Assembly (NCBI GenBank): GCA_035568375.1
Contig: DATMOG010000096.1
Span: 1 to 59,690, forward strand
DNA: 59,690 bases
Direction of reading: 5' to 3'
Source of the DNA: Candidatus Sulfotelmatobacter sp.
GTDB lineage: Bacteria; Patescibacteriota; Microgenomatia; Levybacterales; UBA12049
The notes below the pieces were generated by a model that was given only the letters and a program-made list of their open reading frames with translations, did no database searches and had not been told where the DNA came from. The position numbers and the translations under genes are program-made. Below, piece by piece: positions 54,440-59,690 of this stretch. Within the stretch, counting starts at the first letter, position 1, and each line of letters opens with the position of its first letter.

Positions 54440-55582
54440 TTACACCAGTTTTTTGTATAAAAGTTCAAGTTCCTTTCCTAAGACAGGCCAAGAATACTGT
54501 TTTTTGCCGTGTTCAAGTGAGAATTCGATTTTTTCTTTTCTTTTTTTTATTTCGGACATAGCTAAACAAATTGTGTCTGTAAGCGATTTAATATTGCTAT
54601 GTTTGGCGATATATCCTGCTTTGCCGTTAAATATATAATTGGGTAAATCGCCAACATTACTAACTAATGGTGTTGCACCAAGTTGCATGTATTGAAAAAC
54701 TTTCATATTACTACATGCTTGAGCAGTAATTTCGTTTGGCATATAGCAATAACCAATATCTCCAACTTTGACATATTTATATAATTTATTTTGTGGTATG
54801 AATCCAAAAAATTTTATATCTTTTGATATGAACAATTTTTTCGACAATTTTTTGAAGTAATTTAAATATTGTCCATCCCCAATGACAATAACATTAATAA
54901 ATATTTTTTGTAATTTAATATTTTTAATTGCATATAAGAGAGGTTCAAGAATATTTATTCTATTTAAATTGCCAACAAATATCACTCTGTTTTTAGATAG
55001 TGTATCTGTTTGTATGACATCTGATAATGTAAAGTCAGCACCGTTAGGCATATATTTAATAATTCTATTTTTATATTTCTTTTTATAAAATTTAGACAGA
55101 TATTGTGATGCTACAGTAATAGCGCTAGATTGATAGAATAATATTATTTCTGAAATTGTCACAAGTATTATCATTATAGAATTATGTCCTTCTATTCTCA
55201 TTACCTCGCTATCCAAGTCATCAGCATCTACAATTACAGGAATTTTTTTAATATATTTAAAAAATATACCACTAATTGTAATTGGTGTAGGTTTGAATAT
55301 ATGAATAACATCAGGGTTTAAATGATAAAGAATTTTTATCGAAGAAAAGATATAAGGAATAAGGCCAATCTCAAAAGGAACTTTCCTTATTTGTAAAGGT
55401 CTTATTATTTCTATTCCTTCGATTTGGGTTATCCCTTCATCAATGAATTTAGAATATTTATCAAATCTTGGCGAAACGATAGAGACTTCATTTCCTCTTT
55501 TATACAATTCTTTTGCAAGAGCAAGTGCTCTTGAAGAAATGCTACTATTAATTGTTCCAGTTGTTATAAATGCTATTTTCAT
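54440..55582 (-). CDS. glycosyltransferase family 4 (GT-B)
   Basis: MKIAFITTG N-terminus and GT-B two-domain length. C-terminal GATPLVSNVGDLPN region. Confidence 0.8.
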   Translation of the reverse strand: MKIAFITTGTINSSISSRALALAKELYKRGNEVSIVSPRFDKYSKFIDEGITQIEGIEIIRPLQIRKVPFEIGLIPYIFSSIKILYHLNPDVIHIFKPTPITISGIFFKYIKKIPVIVDADDLDSEVMRIEGHNSIMIILVTISEIILFYQSSAITVASQYLSKFYKKKYKNRIIKYMPNGADFTLSDVIQTDTLSKNRVIFVGNLNRINILEPLLYAIKNIKLQKIFINVIVIGDGQYLNYFKKLSKKLFISKDIKFFGFIPQNKLYKYVKVGDIGYCYMPNEITAQACSNMKVFQYMQLGATPLVSNVGDLPNYIFNGKAGYIAKHSNIKSLTDTICLAMSEIKKRKEKIEFSLEHGKKQYSWPVLGKELELLYKKLV

Positions 55583-56718
55583 ATAATTATTGAACCGGTA
55601 AGTGTTTGAAATTTCTTTATTTCATTCTCTAATACATATTTTTTTGTGAGTTCTTGATATCCACTATATCCAATTTCGTTAGTTTTATTTTTATTGCTTA
55701 ATAATAAATTGATAGCATTGGCTAATTTTTTCGGATTTTTTGGTTTAATTAAATAACCTGTTTTTTTGTTTTTAATAATCTTATTAATGGGCATAATATC
55801 TGAAGCAATTATAGCCAGAGAATAAGCCCAATATTCTAACATGACAGTCGGGAATGCATCATTTGAAGACTTTGGATATATGATTCCGATTGAAGAGTCT
55901 TTTAGAATTTTATATTTCTCTCTGCCATGTTTTTTACCTAAGAATTTTACCTGTTTTGTAATGCCATACTTATTTGCAAGATGTTGATAATACCTTTTAC
56001 TATCACCGTCTCCGATGACATTTAATATTATTTTATTATTCATTTTAGTTGTATAAATTTTTATTGCATGTAATATTTCATCTAATCCTTTCCATTCATG
56101 AGTTTTGTCTAGACTACTAATAAATACAATATTTTGTGTTTTTTTTGACATATGGTTGTTATATCTTGGAATGTCTTGTAATGAAAGTGAATTATTTATA
56201 ATAAAAATTTTGTTTCTAAACTTTGCTGGAATGGATTCCTTTAAAGCGTCAGATACCAATATTATTTTATTCGCTTTTCTGAATAATAGATATTCAAATA
56301 TTTTGTAAAGTTTAATAATAAAATTAAATATAGTGAAGTTATGTTTATATAAACTAAATGCATGGTAAGTGACGAGAAATGGTATTTTACTTGCTGCTAA
56401 ACCCGCCATATCTGCCATAAATGGAACTGGGGTATGAGCGTTTATGCAGTCTGGTTGTTCAACATTTATTATTTTTTTAATTTTCCAATACCAGAGAGGA
56501 TTAATTGGTGTATTGGAAAATGTAAACAATGGAGCGAGTCTGTATATTTTCATTCCATTTTTATAGATTATCTCATTTGAATTATTTTTGTGATTTGATG
56601 TAATCACCACGATGTTCCATTTAAAATACTTTTTTAAAGCAATAGAAAAATCATAAGCATATTTTTCTAAACCCCCTAATTTAGGATAAAAATATGGCGT
56701 AATTAATAATAATTTCAT
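55579..56718 (-). CDS. glycosyltransferase family 4 (GT-B)
   Basis: MKLLLITPYFYPKLGGLEKY N-terminus. 4-nt overlaps with both neighbours. Confidence 0.8.
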   Translation of the reverse strand: MKLLLITPYFYPKLGGLEKYAYDFSIALKKYFKWNIVVITSNHKNNSNEIIYKNGMKIYRLAPLFTFSNTPINPLWYWKIKKIINVEQPDCINAHTPVPFMADMAGLAASKIPFLVTYHAFSLYKHNFTIFNFIIKLYKIFEYLLFRKANKIILVSDALKESIPAKFRNKIFIINNSLSLQDIPRYNNHMSKKTQNIVFISSLDKTHEWKGLDEILHAIKIYTTKMNNKIILNVIGDGDSKRYYQHLANKYGITKQVKFLGKKHGREKYKILKDSSIGIIYPKSSNDAFPTVMLEYWAYSLAIIASDIMPINKIIKNKKTGYLIKPKNPKKLANAINLLLSNKNKTNEIGYSGYQELTKKYVLENEIKKFQTLTGSIII

Positions 56719-57854
56719 ATAGAGTATACTCTCTCAATTCTTTTCGATAAGGCATCCCAATTATACTTTTTGACTATTGTGATATAGTTATTTGGTACTA
56801 AATTGGTAGTTAAGTATTTTTTTATTATTTTAGCTATTTTATTTTTATCAAGCTGTACAGTTTCACCATTTAAACCATTTTTGATGAGATCTTTAGTCGC
56901 ATTATCTTGATGATCAGTAGTTATAACTGGAATTCCAGAGGCATTTGCTTCTAGTGCTGCAATTCCGAAGCCTTCTCGTGTAGATGGAAAAACAAAGACT
57001 TTAGATGCCTTCATCAGCGCATAGAGATCGTTCTGATTTTCAAGAAAATCATAAAAAAGTACATTATTTTTTATTTGTAATGATCTGACGAGTTTCTTTA
57101 ATTTTTTCTCTTCCGGGCCTTTTCCAACGATGATACATTTGATATTTGGAAAACTACTCTTTAGTAAATGAATTGATGAGATGAGTAAATTAACATTTTT
57201 GTGAGAAAGCAATCGTCCTGCAAAAATAATATCCGATTTGCATTTAGATGGCTTAATACTATTAATAACTTTTAAATCGATTCCATTTGGAACAACAGTA
57301 ATGTTTTTTTGTATACCCAAATCAGTAATTAGTTTATTTTTTGTGTGTTTTGATACTGCGATGATTTCATCAGGCATGCGAACACTGAGCCATTCAATAA
57401 TATAGGCAATATTTCCAAGCCGTCCAAGATATTCATTCCAGTACTCTCTTCCCCATACTTCATTCCATGTAACATAGAGTTTTTTTCGTTTTAGAACGGT
57501 TACAATTTTGGTTGAAAAAAGAACGAGATGCGGCATATGATCAACATCTATAACGTCAAAATCGACTGCAAGAAGTTTAAAGCATGCAAGAGCAAAAAAA
57601 ATTGCCTGCTTTATAGATCTTCTTTTCCCTGAATAGAGCGGGAATAAAGGACTAATAGCATGAAGATAAACTCCATTTTCAAATCGTTCATTATCCTTCG
57701 TTTTCCACCATTTCATACAGTAAATATGTACATTATGTCCAGCATTTACTAATCTAGTACTCATTTCATATAGACGTTTTTCTTTCCCGCCTTTGTTAAA
57801 GGGATAGACCGCATCACTGACAAAAGCAATTGTTAGACATTTTTTATTTTTCAT
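56715..57854 (-). CDS. glycosyltransferase family 4 (GT-B)
   Basis: FPSTREGFGIAALEANASGIPVITTD is the EX7E region. Confidence 0.85.
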   Translation of the reverse strand: MKNKKCLTIAFVSDAVYPFNKGGKEKRLYEMSTRLVNAGHNVHIYCMKWWKTKDNERFENGVYLHAISPLFPLYSGKRRSIKQAIFFALACFKLLAVDFDVIDVDHMPHLVLFSTKIVTVLKRKKLYVTWNEVWGREYWNEYLGRLGNIAYIIEWLSVRMPDEIIAVSKHTKNKLITDLGIQKNITVVPNGIDLKVINSIKPSKCKSDIIFAGRLLSHKNVNLLISSIHLLKSSFPNIKCIIVGKGPEEKKLKKLVRSLQIKNNVLFYDFLENQNDLYALMKASKVFVFPSTREGFGIAALEANASGIPVITTDHQDNATKDLIKNGLNGETVQLDKNKIAKIIKKYLTTNLVPNNYITIVKKYNWDALSKRIERVYSI

Positions 57855-58608
57855 AATTAATCATTTTTTGGATCTGATTAAAAAAGAATTTTTTGGACGG
57901 CTTTTTTCGTGGAGACCAATTAAGATTTTTGAAGAAAGTTCTTAAGACTCGCATTCCGTCACTGATTGCTTGAATTTTTGTTTCCCCTGCACGTTCATCA
58001 TAAGTAATTGGGACTGAGTACATTTGATATCCAAGTCTTTTCATTTTTGTAATCATATCCATTTCAATCTCAAATCCTTCAGAGTCAAGATATTTTTTTA
58101 GATCATCAATTACCTCTTTTTTCCATGCGAAGTAACCGCTTAAGACATCTGTTATATTTGCTTGATAAAATTGTCTGACAAGAAAAGTATAAACCCAATT
58201 CGCAACACGATTTCGGAATTTAAGTGAATTTTTTCGCATTTTGCCGCCAAGCCGCGATCCGATTACAACATCACAAAAATCATTTATGAGTGGCTCTATA
58301 AGCCGGAGAACTTCTTTAGATTTGTAAGTATTATCACCATCGAGCATTACAACATAATCTGTATCAGGATCAACGGAATTGAATCCTGTCATCACTGCGT
58401 GACCTTTGCCTTTTTTTAATTCATCAACTACACGGACATTCTTTTCATAAGCAACGATTGCAGTTTTATCCGTTGAATTATTATTGACAACGACAATTTC
58501 TGTTTTTAGTCCAAGTTTTTTGAGCAACCGAACAGGTACACCATCGATTACACGGCTGATGCCCTTTTCTTCGTTATAACATGGGATGAGAATTGTTATT
58601 TTTTTCAT
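57844..58608 (-). CDS. glycosyltransferase family 2, polyprenyl-phosphate sugar synthase-like (DPM1/GtrB-type)
   Basis: ILIPCYNEE, NNNSTDKT and VMLDGDNTY (DxD). Soluble and short. Confidence 0.85.
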   Translation of the reverse strand: MKKITILIPCYNEEKGISRVIDGVPVRLLKKLGLKTEIVVVNNNSTDKTAIVAYEKNVRVVDELKKGKGHAVMTGFNSVDPDTDYVVMLDGDNTYKSKEVLRLIEPLINDFCDVVIGSRLGGKMRKNSLKFRNRVANWVYTFLVRQFYQANITDVLSGYFAWKKEVIDDLKKYLDSEGFEIEMDMITKMKRLGYQMYSVPITYDERAGETKIQAISDGMRVLRTFFKNLNWSPRKKPSKKFFFNQIQKMINYEK

Positions 58609-58609
58609 A

Positions 58610-59326
58610 TTATTTAGTTGTCTTTTTTGTTGTAGTATTTTTTGCTATTGCTTTAGAAGGAAAGCTACTACCCCAAATATCATGGCCAAGTTTATCTAAT
58701 CCAAGCCACATAAGAGATTTATTCAAAAGCGGTTGCCAATACCAAGCACCATAGGATTTTGCTACAGGTTTTATATGAATAGAAGTTATTTGATTTACAC
58801 TTTGATTTTGGGTAGATGTGACTATTCCTACAATATTTACCCAAAAGAAGATTTGTTGTTTTTTACTAGTCAAGTTTATGACAATTTGTGCTCTAGATAT
58901 TGGATCTGATACAGTATAAGTTTCAGTAATCGTTTTATAACCATCTTGACTCAAGGTGAATTGTCCTTTATCAATTTCTATTTTTTTACCATTTTCATCA
59001 AGATATACAACATATGGATAGGTGTATTTTTGATATTCAATATTGTGAATGGTGAATTGAAAAGATTTTTTTTGGTTTTGTTTGATAGTAAAGGGAAAGT
59101 TTGAATTATTTTCAAAGTAAAGTTCTGTAAACTTTTCAGGTTTTATGGTTGTAGCCATCGTTAATGTATTCATAAAATCTTTATTCAGGTTTAGTTTAAA
59201 GAGAGAAAATATAACTAACCCCGTGACAGTAAGGCAAAAAATAAAGATTTTTATCTTGTATAGAGTGTTTTTATGGTTAGAAAAAATTCGTCTTATTTTA
59301 GTAGTTATCACGCTCTTCATAGTCAA
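58610..59326 (-). CDS. membrane-anchored hypothetical protein (first gene of the glycan operon)
   Basis: TM helix FIFCLTVTGLVIFSLF followed by a beta-rich domain. The track start is TTG 59326, with an alternative ATG at 59320. Confidence 0.55.
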   Translation of the reverse strand: MTMKSVITTKIRRIFSNHKNTLYKIKIFIFCLTVTGLVIFSLFKLNLNKDFMNTLTMATTIKPEKFTELYFENNSNFPFTIKQNQKKSFQFTIHNIEYQKYTYPYVVYLDENGKKIEIDKGQFTLSQDGYKTITETYTVSDPISRAQIVINLTSKKQQIFFWVNIVGIVTSTQNQSVNQITSIHIKPVAKSYGAWYWQPLLNKSLMWLGLDKLGHDIWGSSFPSKAIAKNTTTKKTTK

Positions 59327-59562
59327 AAGAATAATTCTAGCTTTTTTAGATGGTGAACAGTAGTTTAAAAACTAGAATAGTATTATAAACGATAACCTAT
59401 AATAGTGCAATAGATTGAGGCTTTTATTAGATCAGAATAAGAGTAATCAATAGTGATATCTAGATGTAGTCGATCTTAAAAATAACGATTTAAATTTAAA
59501 GCTTATTTAAAGCATGACTCATAGTTACTATGTAGGTAAAAAGAGCGAGAAATGAACTACTC

Positions 59563-59577
59563 CGCAGCAGAGCTGCG
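59563..59577. other. GC-rich hairpin CGCAGC-aga-GCTGCG downstream of the partial tnpA
   Basis: A perfect 6-bp GC-rich stem in an AT-rich spacer, 25 nt beyond the tnpA stop. Candidate IS200/IS605 subterminal hairpin or terminator. Confidence 0.35.
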
Positions 59578-59602
59578 AAGTATCCTTTCTACATTACCAC
59601 CT

Positions 59603-59690
59603 TCAGGGTAAATCCTCAAACATGGTTAGTTGTCCTCGATAAATTTGGTTATATGTTTTTCCCTGATTCTTGACATAGTTCTTGATGATT
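59603..59690 (-). mobile_element. 3' end of an IS200/IS605-like tnpA (truncated by the window edge)
   Basis: The minus strand reads ..IIKNYVKNQGKTYNQIYRGQLTMFEDLP then stops (TGA at 59603-59605). The I-x-x-Y-[IV]-K-N-Q ... QL..F tail resembles Y1 transposase C-termini. Only 28 codons are visible. Confidence 0.35.

Overview
59.7-kb AT-rich bacterial chromosomal segment (about one-third G+C by eye, not computed). It uses the standard genetic code: TGA ends many ORFs and ATGA start/stop overlaps occur. Small single-domain genes, many orphans, few Shine-Dalgarno sites and a large glycosyltransferase operon suggest a reduced-genome Patescibacteria/CPR-like organism (inference only). There are four blocks. 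(1) 1-9.4 kb is an accessory island with three tight units rich in HTH, nuclease-fold and DUF5659-like genes, plus a GIY-YIG gene: an XRE unit at 77-1446, a DUF5677-like/serine-hydrolase fusion unit at 2441-5823, and a four-gene PD-(D/E)xK/HTH unit at 6211-9405. (2) 9.4-21.2 kb holds ten one- or two-gene units, each separated by a copy of the same intergenic repeat module. All 12 copies lie on the + strand whatever the gene strand, and the array ends at a decayed transposase. This is the most unusual structure in the window. (3) 21.3-48.2 kb carries mixed housekeeping and envelope genes: CE4 deacetylases, MFS transporters, a stand-alone aaPG-synthase domain, RsuA/RluB-type and TruB pseudouridine synthases, a histidine kinase, patatin, Fic, MazG-like, TypA/BipA, Nth, LmbE-like and DsbA/BdbC. 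It also contains a second transposase fragment. (4) 48.2-59.3 kb is a minus-strand surface-glycan operon (GH5, kinase-like, three GT2, three GT4, a GT-C-like polytopic protein) with a convergent flippase. It is followed by the 3' end of an IS200/IS605-like tnpA cut by the window edge. No rRNA, tRNA or CRISPR array was recognised. More than 20 genes have a -10 box (usually TGnTATAAT) 6-8 nt upstream of the ATG, implying widespread leaderless transcription. I used this to trim several over-long ORF-track calls.
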